Assembly (NCBI RefSeq): GCF_902713615.1 | Contig: NC_052162.1 | Span: 108,341,811-108,405,810, forward strand | Direction of reading: 5' to 3' | Length of the DNA stretch: 64,000 nt | DNA from: Scyliorhinus canicula | Lineage: Eukaryota | Shown here: piece after piece, positions 48,700-61,699 of the stretch | Layout: every line of letters starts with the position of its first letter | Position numbering within the stretch: position 1 is the stretch's first letter | Position numbers and translations under genes: made by a program | Notes under the pieces: generated by a model | Seen by the model: only the letters and a program-made list of their open reading frames with translations | Told to the model about the DNA's origin: nothing | Database searches by the model: none

Positions 48700-51600
48700 T
48701 CCCCACCCATTTCACCCGGAAATATAAAGCATCCGCAGAATTTCCCTCAAACAAGCAAAAGGGCCGAAAACACAACAAAATCAGGAGCGAGGAATGGCGA
48801 AACGAGCGGAGTCACCATAGCAATCTCGCAATCCCGCACTTCGGCAATGGATGGAGCTCCTGATACGAAAACGCCATTAACAGGAGATCGTGGCAAGTTG
48901 AAGCCGGTGTAGCAAACGCCTTGGTCCAATTCAAGGAGATGCTGAAGTGGATGGACCCGCTACTGAAGACGCAAGAGGTGGGAACGAGAGCGGAGGCCAG
49001 CGACTAGCGACCAGCTTGAGTGAATAACCTCACTCGAGGCAGAGGTGGCGAGGTTGGCGGTGGTCCAGCGAGCACTCAAGTGGAGGTGGAAGACCAGGAA
49101 AACAGGCCTCGCCGGCAGAACCTTAGGATTGTCAGACTGCAGGAGTGCACGGAGGGTCGAAACACAACGGATTACGTGGGATATATATTAGAAAGTTTTG
49201 TCGGGGGAGAAAGCTTCCCAACGCCCTGGTGCTGGACAGGGTCCAGAGAAAACACCAGCAGAGACCCAAGGCAGAGGAACCAGCATGGGCGCTTATCTCC
49301 AAGCTTCAACGATTCCAGGAAAAGGAACGGATCTTGAACTAGGCAAGCAACAATAGGTGCAGCAAGTGGGAAGGGCATATATCTGCGTTTACTACGACAT
49401 TGGGGCTGACCTGGTCAAGCGTCGACCGAGTTCAATGGACCCAAAGCAGCCCGCTTGAGGAGCAAAATATGGTTCGGAATGCTGTACCCAGCAAGACTTT
49501 AGGTAGTCGGGAACACTGCTTAAACACGCCGGGAGAAGCATAGGAGTGTATCCACGAGAATCGTCTGGGAAAACAGCAACATATGAATCATTGACGATGA
49601 TAATATTCCTTCATTCACAAGCAATGTCGTGTGCTGTGAGGGAAGGGGGGAAGCAAAGGGGGACCAAGACGCGGAAGAATGGGGTGTGCAGGGAATAGAA
49701 CGGGTGGGACGTAGCTGCCTGGGGGTAATCCATGAAAGTACAGGGAAGGAAGAGGATAGAAGGCTCAGAAGGGAGGGAACGCCTGGCAGAAGTACGGGGT
49801 ACGGCACTAGATCGAGGGGAAATGGAAGGAAAGGAGAGGGGAAGGTACGGTTGAAAAGGTAGGCCAGGGAAACCCACAGGAACACGGAGATGTGGGGCGG
49901 CGGAGTCGACGGGCTCGGGGCAGGAACGCCGTGGGTCGGAGACTAGTAGGTAGGGGAGGGGAGGGTTGAATGTTGGTTGCAACAGGACGCATATGGAGAT
50001 GGCTGGGACAAATAAGTCAATGCGGCCCAGTTGGATGGCCGCAAACAGGGATGCCCCAGACTGCAGGAGCACATCAACAATGTTAATATTGCTCACACTG
50101 TAGGAGGCGGGGGAGAGACGCCCAATAAAATAGTCACCTGAAAACGCAGGGGGCCTAATGGCCTAGTGAAAAGATCCAGAGCTTTCTCCCAACTGAAAAG
50201 CCTGAGGGTTGATATAGTCTTCCTCCAGGAGACACGTCTGAGGAGAAGGAACGACTGAGTGTAAAAGAAGGTGGTTAGGACTGAGGCACAAAACGTGCTC
50301 CTGGATTAGGGCTAGGGCGATGACCATACTGTTGAATAAGAAGACGGCATTTACCACGGCGAAGACGGTGACAACCCGGGGACGGTATTTATTGGTCTAC
50401 AGTTTCATGAAAAGGGCACCGGCTGTACATATGAATAAATATGTCCCTAACTGGTACAATGAAGACTTTATCAAAAAGACCATGACCTAGATTCCAACCA
50501 ACTCATCATGGGGGAAGACTTTAACTTAATATAGGACCCACAGACGGACAACCCGAGCCCTAAAACGGAGAAACAATCAGCCATGCGGGAAAACGGAACA
50601 CCTTCATGGAGCACATTGGGGGAGTGGACCAATGGAGATTTCCACTCGTGGGAGGGAAAATTCCCCTTTTTCTCCCAGCTGAATAAAGTATACGCCCAAA
50701 TTGATTTCTTCACAGTGGATAATTCGGAGCTTTCACGGGTGGTAGGGGCAAAATGGTCTGCAATAGTTTTCTCCTATCATACTACGTCGATGTGCGGTTG
50801 GAGACCGGCCGTGCCCAACAATCCCCCCTCCCCCCCCCCCCCCAATGGAAGTTGGACGCACCCTCCTTGCCGAAAAGGCATTTTCTGAAATATTGACTGC
50901 AGCTATCGAAGGGTATGCATCCTGCAACCAGAATGCAAAGATCTCAATTTCCAGATCTGGGAGGCACTAAAGGTGGTAATAAGGAGGGAAATAATACGTA
51001 TATGGCACTCAAGGCCAAGAAGTAGAGAGGGGGCTAGGCAACAACTGGTCGCTCCATACAAAGAAGAACAATCGATGCAACAAGGCCCCGAACGTCAACT
51101 AACGTGCAGAGAGGAAATAAGTTTCAATTGGAGGTGACATACTCTCCACTAGGAAAGAAGTGAAGCAGCTCTACCAGACCCGTGGGAACATTGACGAGCA
51201 TGCGGATAAAGTCAGACGCCTACTGGCTCTCAGATGAGCGAACGGGTGAAGAGACATGCAGAGGGGAGACAGAGAGCACATAGTCTCACTCTATGCGGTG
51301 GCTTGGTCATCTACCTCTCGAACACCCTAGCCAGAATGGAGGAAATAATGGAATCCCCAAGAGAGTTTGGAGCCTTCTTAGGTTACAACCCAGAACAAGA
51401 GCGAAATCTTCCCTGTCAGTGAAAATGAAATGAAAATCACTTTTTGTCAGAAGTAGGCTCCAAATGAAGTGACTGTGAAAGGCCCCTAGTCGCCACATTC
51501 CGGCGCCTGTTCGGGAAGGTTGGTACGGGAATTGAACCGTACCCTGGTGTGCTTTCAAAGCCAGCGATCTGGCCCTGTGCTAAACCAGCCCCGTGTGGTA

Positions 51601-53200
51601 AACCAAACCCAGATCAGACCTGGGAAGCTGCCGTTCCTGCTACCCCAAACCAAATTATGTTACATGGGGATCCAAATAGCCCACGACTAGGCGCTGATCC
51701 ACAGGGGTTACCTGAGGAATCTAGTAGACGAGACTGATTCGAAACCTGCGGAGGTCGGAACCTGCACAGGTCGGACTCTTTCCCGATCTCCCTGGCGGGA
51801 AGAGTGCAGATGACCATAATGAACGGACTGCCAATATTCCTCTTCAGATCCCTCCCGATATTTGTCCCCAAAGACTCCTTCACTAAGATAGACAAACAAA
51901 CTATGGCGTTTGCGTGTGTGTGTCTTGCGAAGGGAGAGGGTGAAGCCCCGAGGATCAGAAAAAGAAGGGGGAACATGTGAGGCCTAGCCCTCCTCAGTCT
52001 CCTATTCTACCACTGGGCAGCTACGTAGAACGAATATGTGGATGGGTGAAGTAGCTGGGAGAAGAATGGGTTCAAATGGAAGGAATTTCTGCCCAAATCA
52101 TCCCTCCGAGCACTGACCAAAGCCTCACTCCAATTTCCCTCAGCCACATAAGCAAGCAGCCCTGTCGTAATAACCGCACTGAAAACGTGGAACCAACTGA
52201 GACACCACTTCGGTCTGTCCACGATGTCTACCATGGCCCCCATCATCAAGAACCATAAATCCCCCAATCCCTCCGTGACTATGGATGCCTCCTTCAAAGG
52301 GTGAAAGCAGGACGAAGGGGTATGCACAGTACGGAACTTACAGATAGACGGCAGAGTAGCGACCCTGGTGAACTCACACATGAGCTCCAACTCCTGAAAA
52401 CGAACGAGCTGCGATATATATTAGAAAGGAACATCCTGCGAATGGAAAAAGCAACGTTTCCCCACCTACCACGACACTCTCTCCTGGATAATCTTCTGAC
52501 CGCAGTCGAACTAGGGGGCGGGAACTAAGCGGGCATGTACGGAGAGCTGTTAGTGGAGGTACCGCCACCACTGCATGAGACGCGGAAGACGTGGGAGGAA
52601 TAGTTAGGCATAAAGATGGGGGAGACTCTGGTTCAGAGCAGTGCACAGGGCGTATTCCACCTCTTCATGCACAGGGCTGAGCATTACGCAGATAAAATTG
52701 CTGCGTAGGGATCACTGAACCGGAACACAAATGAACGGGTTCCCACGGTGGTGGAGGACAAATGTGACCGTTGTCGGTGAGGCCTGTGAGCCACACCCAC
52801 ATGTTCTGGTCTTGTCCCTGATGCGCCGGTACTGGGCAGCCTTCTTCGAGGCTATGTCCAAGGTTGTAAGAGTGAGAGTGGAGCCATGCTCGTTAGTGGC
52901 GGCCTCTGCGGTTTCAGATCAGCAGCAATTCTTTATGGGGATTCACTTCTCTGATTTCCCGCCGAAGACTCCTACTCGGCTGTCAATAACCAAGGCCGCA
53001 GACTGCCTATCTGACGTAGCAGTGTATCTCAAATTAGAAACAAAATACGTCATTTGGTGATCCGAAGAAGGATTCCACAGCATGTGCAGGTTATTCGGCA
53101 AACTATTTGAAATCCTGTTTGGGATCAGCAAACCAATAATTAAAGGGGGGTGGAGGGAAGAACAAATCAGAAAATGGAGGGAGAGGTGAGGTGGGGGAGG
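48700..53200 (+). mobile_element. Degenerate near full-length L1-clade LINE
   Basis: ORF1 remnant RRQNLRIV. EN remnants (NAGGL, VDIVFLQET, IMGEDFN-like) and RT-region LPIFLFRSLP. A SINE is inserted at about 51420-51590. Confidence 0.85.
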
Positions 53201-53805
53201 GGATATGGAGTGTGAGTGGGTGTTGGGTGAAGACGCGAAGGCAAACATAGGGTAAACAGGCCAGTGATGCCAGAAGGGACAAAGGACAAAAGTGCACATT
53301 CGGGCCACAGCAACTGCCCCTGCAGCAATCCCAAAGCGGGCACGGCCGACGCCAACGCGCCATCGCACCCTTTCCCCTACATTCTAGTACCAGTGGGCAG
53401 CAGGGGCAGAAAGTATGGTTTTGGCAACCAACTCCCGGGGGCGTAATACTAGATCCCTCATATCGGTGCGTCGGTCCATTTGCATGAATGCATGATTTGC
53501 ATGATTTTTTAAAAAGCAAACGTGAAATAAATCACAACAATGACTGATATTATTTTACTACTTAAGTAACCAACTCCATCTGTTCAATCACTGTAACTAG
53601 GTTGAGTCGCCGAATCTATTTGTTTAACCACTGGAATTAACTGTTACGTTGATGTCACAGAATATACTTGCTCAACTGCTTTAGTTTGCGTCAACGGGGA
53701 TGTCAACTAATTGTGTCCCTGCTGGATAAGAATCATGTATAAAACGACTCTTTTTAAAATCGAACATCAGAGGTCTCAAACGGACAGCATTACTTCTGAC
53801 AGAAA

Positions 53806-53875
53806 ATGCACGCACTGCCAAGAGGGCCTGCATATGCTGCTTACTACACCACACTAGCAGTTATCGCTGTCCCAG
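53806..53875 (+). CDS. Class A orphan GPCR (GPR139/GPR142-like), exon 1
   Basis: ATG, then MHALPRGPAYAAYYTTLAVIAVP and a G|GTAAAA donor (70 nt, phase 1). Supplies the start of TM1 missing from the downstream ORF. Confidence 0.85.
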
Positions 53876-54250
53876 GTAAAATATGTCACCATATTTTTCA
53901 CTATCTCATGGAAAGCTAAGCTTTGCCGAAAGGTATGGAATGCAGGAGATTTCAAGTTAAGCTTTAATTGTACAAAACGCTGGTTGCTGTCTGTCCGGAT
54001 TGTGATTTTATTTCTGAGTACTGAACCCCATAGTATAACTGTTGTCGTTAAAAGATTGAAAAGACAGACTGAGCATTGTTATCAGAGCTTAGCTGCTTAA
54101 CTTATGAGGACGTGTTGTGTCAACTTGACTTGTAATTCATTGAATGTGACAATTAAGTGAGCATCAAATTCCGGTGTGTAAAATAATTGAAGATATTTGA
54201 TAACGTAGGTAGAGGCGTGGGAGTGCAGATCCGTGGCGAAAGATGATTAC

Positions 54251-56148
54251 GATTTGTGCGTGATTTTTCAGGAATAATGAGACGACGTACATTTTCCACA
54301 CAACAGTATGCTCGAAGCTTGGATGCGTCTAAACGTTTGATCCAAGATGCTGTTGGGAGATGTAATTGAGTTGCACAGAATTATAAGATGCTTAGATAGC
54401 ATCGATAGAAACATGATCATGTATCTTTTCAGGAAGGTCAAGAACCAGGGTGTCAATAATCAAGGCGATTGGCAGAGGGTTTACTGGGACGTTGACAAGA
54501 TCGGTTTTTCAGCCGGAGGGTGGTGTGCGGCTGAACTTCCTATGTGATACCGTGCTGGACCAACAAAGCACAAATGCTTTGAAAAAAACCATGTAAACAC
54601 TTGAAGTGATATACGCTTCAAGGCTACAGATAAAGAGCAGAAGTGTAAGTTTACCTGGAAAGCTGGAGTTTGTTTGACACTGAAATGACAGATCGCCAGG
54701 CATCCCTCTGTTTCATAAACTTTCATGAGCATATGGTCCTTTGAAAAAAAAAATGCGATCAGATCAACTGGAGAACAGAAGACTTAGCTTGACAGATACA
54801 GCTGGGAACTGAGGTATATCAATGGAGATAGGGCACATGTCAGATATTGGTCTAATTCGTCTAATCTAGCAATCAGGCTGTAGCAAGCAAAAGGTCAGCT
54901 TCAATTCCTTGGTATTATCACTAACACATTCAGTGCGAAACAACGAGTGAACAGCATAATGAGTATAATCTAGTTGTTCCTGTTGCGTCAATTCCAGAAA
55001 TGTAAACGACTTGTTCAAAATCAATTATCTCATCCATAAACATCGCAAAGTAACGTGAGCAGAAGATGAGGACGAGAGAAGTGGTCTTCAGACTATACCA
55101 GAATTGAACACATCATCAGAAGGGCGCATCGATAGGCATGTTTGTGGTAAATTAATCCATTTATTTCATTTTTCTGACCGGTTAGTCAAGGCAAAATATT
55201 ATGCGGCTCACTTGACTGAAAGAAATATGCCAGCATTGAGTAACTTCATCTGGAACTATTTCAATTAAGTCATGAATAATATCAAATGTTTCATTTCAGA
55301 AAATCGCTGTCCATGCGTTTGGCGTCCTTGTTCTTCACTGTTCTTCACATTAATTTCAGAAACCTGTCACTCTTCTGCAACGTTTGGATTTTTTCACGAT
55401 ATTTTTTCCAAATCTAGTTGTTCCTGTTTGCTGTGTAGCAGATTGCAAACGCACCTACGTCTCTTTCTGATCCACCTGTCGAACTGCGCCCTCGATGTTT
55501 CTTAATCGAGTTTCATGCTCTACACAAGCGTGTCTCATGTGCCTCCATTTGCTGTTACTTCAGAGTGCTTAGAAATTCTTTGTCGCAATTTTACATTTAA
55601 CTCCGTGTTGCAATTTGAATGATCTTACTTCCTTCTGCGCGACTAAAGCTTTTTCCTTCTGCGAGCTATAGCCTTTGCAACCAATTTCAGCATCGCAATC
55701 CATCCATCCACCTCAGTGTTCTGTGCTGGGAACAAAACCTTTCACGATATACTTTAATGATCTGGAAGAAGGAACTGAAGGCACTGTTGCTAACTTTGCA
55801 GATGATGCAAAAATCTGTAGAGGGTCAAATAGTATTGAGGAAGGAAGGGGGCTGCAGAGGATGTGGACAGGTTAGGGAGTGGACAATTGAAGTTGCAGAT
55901 AAAATACAACGTCGAAAACTGTGAGGTTATGCACTTTGGAAAGAGGAACTTATGAATAGACTATTTTCTCAATGGGAAAATGCTTAGGAAATCAGACGCT
56001 AACTAAGCATCTTATAATTCTGTGCAACTCAATTTCATCTCCCAAAACAGCATCTTGGATCAAAAGTTTAGAAACATCCAAGCTTCAATCATACTGTGTG
56101 TGGAAAATGTGCGTTGTGTCATTATTCCTGAAAAATCAAGCACAAATC
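54251..56148. repeat. ~145-bp inverted duplication (54251-54395 and 56003-56148)
   Basis: GATTTGTGCGTGATTTTTCAGGAATAATGA...GCACAGAATTATAAGATGCTTAG and its reverse complement inside the CR1. Confidence 0.92.
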
Positions 56149-56845
56149 AGAGTCCTTGTTCACGATTCTCTTAAGGTTAAAGTGCAGGTTCAGTCGGCAG
56201 TTAGGAATGCAAATGCAATGTTAGCATTAATTCAAGAGGGCTAGAATACAAGACCAGGGGTGTACCTCTGAGGCTGGATAAGGCTCTGATAAGCCCCTAT
56301 TTGGAGTATTGTGAGCAGTTTGGGGCCCTGTATCTAAGGAAAGATGTGCTGGCCTTGTAATGGGGCAAGAAAAGGTTCACAAGAATGATCACTGCAATTC
56401 ACAGCTTGTCGTATGGTGAACGGTTGAGGACGCTGTGTCTGTACTCGTTGGCGTTTAGAAGGATGAGGGGGGGGGGGTCTTATTGAAACTTACGGACACT
56501 GCGAGGCTGGATAGAGTGACATGGAGAGGATGTTTCCACTTGTGGGAAAAACTAGAACCAGAGGACCTAATCTCAGACAAAAGGGACGATCCTTTAAAAC
56601 AGAGATGAGGAGGAATTTCTTCAGCCAGGGGGTGATGAATCTGTGGCACTCTTTGCCGCCGAAGGCTGTGAAAGCCAAGTCACTAAGTGCCTTTAAGACA
56701 GAGGTAGATAGGTTCTTGATTAATAAGGGGGGCAGGTGTTAAGGGGAGAAGGCAGGAGAATGGGGATGAGAAAAATATCAGCCATGATTTAATGGTGGAG
56801 TAGACTCGATGGGCCGAGTGGCCTAATTCTGCTTCTATGTCTTAT
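55700..56845 (+). mobile_element. Truncated CR1 LINE in the GPCR intron
   Basis: FADDAK RT motif and CR1 3' UTR; interrupted by a 146-bp inverted local insertion. Confidence 0.88.
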
Positions 56846-56897
56846 CATCCAGGTCGAGGCCAGCATATAATGGGAGAGTAAAGACGCTGAAGATTTC

Positions 56898-57225
56898 GGG
56901 CGACATCGTGACACAGTGGTTAGCACTGCTGACACACAGCACTAGGGAACCGGGTTCAATTCTGTCCTCGGGTGACGGTCTGTGTCGACTTTGCATGTTC
57001 TCCTCGTGTATGCGTGGCTTTTATCCGGGTGCTCCGTTTTCGCTCCACAGTGCAAAGATGTGCACTTTAGGTGGATTAGCCTTACTAAATTGCCCGTTAC
57101 AATCCAATGATGTGAAGTTTAGGTTAAGGCGTTATTGGGATAGGGCCAGGTTAGACTGCTTTTTCAGAGGTTCAGTACAGAATCGATTGGCCGAATGCCT
57201 CCCTCTGCGCCATAGGGTTTCTCTG
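56898..57225 (+). mobile_element. V-SINE, degenerate, in the GPCR intron
   Basis: Head, core and tail remnants. Confidence 0.75.
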
Positions 57226-57991
57226 ATTTACCTTGGTTGCCCTCTCTGGACTGTCAACAATAGATTAGAATGTTTCACCCCTCTAATCCTATGTCCGTTT
57301 TGTGATTGCAAAGGAAGTTCATAATAATAGCATACTTTGAATAAGGGACCAAATAATCTCCTTTTGATCTGCTCAGTATTGTTTATTCTGACCATGCTGC
57401 CTTTCTGAGAATACGTGGTTTACATTCGTACATCTCTTCCACCAGTCTCACTCCACACGTGAATGTTTGGTCTTTTAAAATGAAACATTTTCATATCGTG
57501 ACCGATGTGATAAACGACTCGAACATTTTCATTTGTTGTAAGATTTGTTTACTATTTATTTGAGAATAATTCAAATTCTCACAGCTTTTATTTTTCGTCT
57601 TTCAATTAGATATCATAACTAGATTTGCGTTGCTTATTGATGTGTTTAAATTAAAATCACATAATTAAACGAATTTAAACGTTGTTTATCGAATACTTTA
57701 TTGTGAATGATTTATATTTCCCGTGGGTGTGAACATTGTCTTGCATTCAATAGATTTCTGCTACATGTTGCTTCTCCACTTTGATCGCTATAATCATTTC
57801 CTAGCTCTTCAGGTATGCACGTTAAACATATAATTTTAGAATCTGAGTATAACAGTGGAACCAACAGCCTCGTCTTCCATTCAATTGCATCGGAGTCTGT
57901 CTGTATAAATATGATGTTATGACGCTCAATATATAACTACTACCACTACCAATCCGACCTCTAGAATTTGGTTTAACTTTCTTTCTTGCAG

Positions 57992-58887
57992 TTAACTTAG
58001 TGGCGATTGTGATCCTGTCCAGAAGAAATTGCGGTCTCTCCAGATGTATTTCTCTGTACCTGGTGTTCATGGCAGTAACGGATCTGTTGGTCATTATCAC
58101 TGCCGTGATACTAAACCGGACTTTGGCTATTTATTTTCCAGGTAGCTTCTTGTCCATTACTCCTGTATGCAGTGTGAGCATTGTTTTAATTTATTCATCC
58201 AGAGTCAGTTCTGTATGGCTAACCGTCGCTTTCACGTTTGATCGATTTGTCGCAATTTGTTGCGATAAACTGAAAACACGATATTGTACCGAGAAAACAG
58301 CAGTTATTATTATTGGAACAATATGTGCGCTGGGGTTTTTAATCAATATCCCCTGGTACTTTATGCATGAACCTATTTATATAATAGACAATATCCCCTG
58401 GTATTGTAGGCAGAAGGATATACGTTACACTTCAATTTTATGGATAACTTTTGATTGGTTCGACCGTATTTTAACTCCCTGCCTCCCATTCTTTCTGATT
58501 ATTCTGTTCAACGTCCTGACCGTTAGACATATTCTGGTGGCCAGTAGATCTAGAAAGAAACTCCGTTCCCACGGCAATGATGAGAATAAGACTGACCAAG
58601 AAATGGAGACCCGGCGAAAGTCCATCGTTTTACTGTTTGCTATCTCGGGCAGTTTCATCCTGTTGTGGATGACGTATGTTGTGGAGTTCTTTTGCTACAG
58701 ATTCATAGAGAATTACAAGATCGACGGCTTTGGCACACCTGAATTCATTTTCCAGGAAAGTGGGAACATGCTGCAGCTGCTAAGCTGCTGCACAAACACA
58801 TTTATTTATGCTGCAACACAGCGAAAATTCAGAGAACAATTAAATATTTTGGTGAAACATTCGTTGCGTCTGACCGGTAAATGTTAA
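57992..58887 (+). CDS. Class A orphan GPCR (GPR139/GPR142-like), exon 2; 321 aa in total
   Basis: Polypyrimidine tract and GCAG|TT acceptor, then VNLVAIVILSR. Seven hydrophobic segments with AVTDL (TM2), TFDRFVAIC (TM3), LLW (TM6) and NTFIY (TM7 NPxxY variant); intact to TAA. Confidence 0.92.
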
Positions 58888-59270
58888 AGAATTGATAACT
58901 GTGAAGAATACGATTAATACTCACCGTTTTTACTATGAAAAAAAAACATTGCTTCCTTGATAACCGACAATTATATCTATTTTGTGGCTTCTATATAAGT
59001 TAACATTCAAACCATTTAACAGATTACATACAGCTGTGGATGGAACGGGCAATATTATAAACAGATTACAGACAGGGGTGTTTCTTCTACCATCGAATCG
59101 TAGGCTAATTCAGGGAGCAGTGGAAGAAAAACAGAATATATTGGACAGTCGCAGAAGGCCTGACAGCATCTGTGGAGAGAGAGAAGAGAGCTCAGATTTC
59201 GCGTCAGGATGACTCATGAAGAAGTGGTAGTATTTCACCAGAGTCACAAACGTCACAATTTGCTGACAAC

Positions 59271-61165
59271 AAAGAACAAAGAAAAGTACAGCACAGAAAC
59301 AGGCCCTTCTGCCCTCCAAGCCTGTGCCGCTCATGATCCCCATACTGGAAAGAAAACCTTCTGCCTTTATTCTGTCCTTCGCACTATATCCGCCCAACTC
59401 ATGTATGCATGTAGATACGTGTTAAAATTTGATGATGTGCCTGCTTCCACCACACCCTCTAGCACTGTATTCCAGGCACCAACCACTCTCTAGATGAAAA
59501 ACCTACCCCACACATTTCCCTTAAACTTTCTCCCTTGCACCTTGAACATATGCTCCCGTGTAATTGACACTTACAGACTTGGAAAAAACCAAAAAGCCTC
59601 TGAATATCCACCCTGTCTATGTATCTCATACTTTTGTAGACCTCTATCAGGTCTCCCCTCAGCCTCCGTCTTTCCAGTGAAAACAAACCTAGTTTACTCA
59701 ACCTATCCACATAGCCAACACCCTCGAGACCAATCAACGTCCGTGTGAACCTTCTTTGCACACTCTCCAAAGCTTGCACGACCTTCTGATTATGTGGTGA
59801 CCAGAACTGCACGCAATACTGCAAGTGCGGCCTTACCAAGGTTTTATATAGCTGCAACATGATTTCCCAACTCCTTTACTCAAGCTCTTCTGATGAAGGC
59901 AAACATTCCATATTTCTTCATAATCACCTTTCCCACCTCTGTTGCCACTTTTAGGGAACTGTCGATCTGCACTCCCGGATCCCTCTGTCTGTTAATGTTC
60001 CTAAGCGTTCTGCCATTTATAGTATAATTCAGATCAAAATGCATCACCTCGCATTTGTCCGGATTAAACTCCATCTGTCATTTCTTGCGCACGTCTTCAA
60101 TCTATCTATATCCTGTTGTATCGCCTGACAATTCTCGGCACTATCAGCAACTCCACCGATCGTCCTATCATCTGCAATCTTACTAATCAGCTCACCCACT
60201 TTTTCCTCCAGAAGATTTATATAAACTAGAAACAACAGAGCTCCTAGCACTGATCCCTACGGAACACCACTAGCTACAGATCTCAATTCTGAAAAACATC
60301 ATTCCACCGCTCCTCTCTGTCCTCTATAACCAAGACAGTTCTGTTTCCATCTAGCCTCTCCACCACGAATCACATTTGATTTTAGTTTGTGTACCAATCT
60401 GCCACGTGGGACCTTGTCAAACGCCTTATTACAGTCCCTTTAATATCCACAGCCCTTCTCTCTTCCATTTTTTTGTTATCTCTTCAAAAAACTCAACCAA
60501 GGTGGTGAGACATGACCATCCCCGTGTAAACTCATGCTGCCTGCCACCATGTCGTCCATTTTCATCTAAATGTGCATATATCCTTCCCCTTATTATCTAT
60601 TCCAAAAGCTTCCCCACCACTGATGTCAGGCTCACCGGCCTACAATTTGCTGGATTATCCCTGCTTCCTTTTTTTAAACAAGGGAATAATATTGGCTATT
60701 CTCCTGTCCTCTGGAACCTCGCCTGTGGTCAAAGAGGATGTGAAGAAATCTAATAAGGCCCCAGCTATTTCTCTCCTTGCCTCTGCAGTAACCAGGGATA
60801 GATCCCATCCAGCCCCGGGGACTTGACTAATTAATGCAATTCCGGATGCTGAACACTTCCTCTTTTAATATATTTACGTTCCCAAGGACATTCACGCACC
60901 TATTCCTGACCTCAACATCGGTGATGTCCTTCTCCTTCGTCAAAAACGATATAAAGAACTCATTAAGGGTTTCACCCACATCTGTGGTTCCATGCATAAC
61001 TTTCCTCTATTGTCCTTGAATGGATCTATTCTTTCTCTTCCTTCCTTCTTGCTCCTAACATTTGCATAAAGAGCGTTGGGATTCTCCTTCATCATGTTTG
61101 CTAAAGTCATTTCGTGGCCCTTTTAGCGCTCCTAATTCCTCGTTTAAGTAACTTGCTACTTGACA
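59271..61165 (-). mobile_element. Truncated CR1 LINE
   Basis: IADDRT and LYKTLVRPHLQYCVQFWSP motifs plus a CR1 3' UTR. Confidence 0.9.
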
Positions 61166-61699
61166 GGTAGGTTATTGTGCCAGAGGCACAAGCAAACAAC
61201 TTTATTGATAGGTGGTTGTGTGTACTAGAGAGACGGGAAGCCTTCTCCATTAGAAACTACATTATTCAGATTCCTTTGTAATTACGCGTACTGTGTTATT
61301 GAGAACAATGTTAGAAGCGACTGACAAGTTCCTGCCCTCCACCGGAGGAAATTAACATCTCTATTTACTCTGCGGCAACATGTCTGTATCAGACATTGAA
61401 CATTTAAATTTACTGGTCTTCCTGCACCGAGGGTGCCGTCATTGTTATACACTAACAGGTAACATTCTTGCGCGCGTAGAGTTAAACTCCCAGTTTAACG
61501 TCAGACAAACGTCTTGCAGACGTGAAATAAACTTGTCACTACGATGACCTCTCTGTACCAAGGGCAGGCACATGCACCTCACTGCGTCAGAGATACAAAT
61601 ATAACACTTTACTGGCAGGTCAAAGCTTAAGCTCTCCAGTTCTGTTTTTTCCAGTTTTGAATGGTGGTGGGAATTAAGAAACTAACCAGAGCAGATGTT

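Noticed and set aside
56207-56214. ATGCAAAT octamer (another at about 61100)
   Set aside because: Inside CR1 sequence, so probably incidental.
58000-58887. ORF-track start for the GPCR
   Set aside because: The start codon is GTG inside exon 2; a matching ATG exon with a compatible phase exists at 53806-53875.
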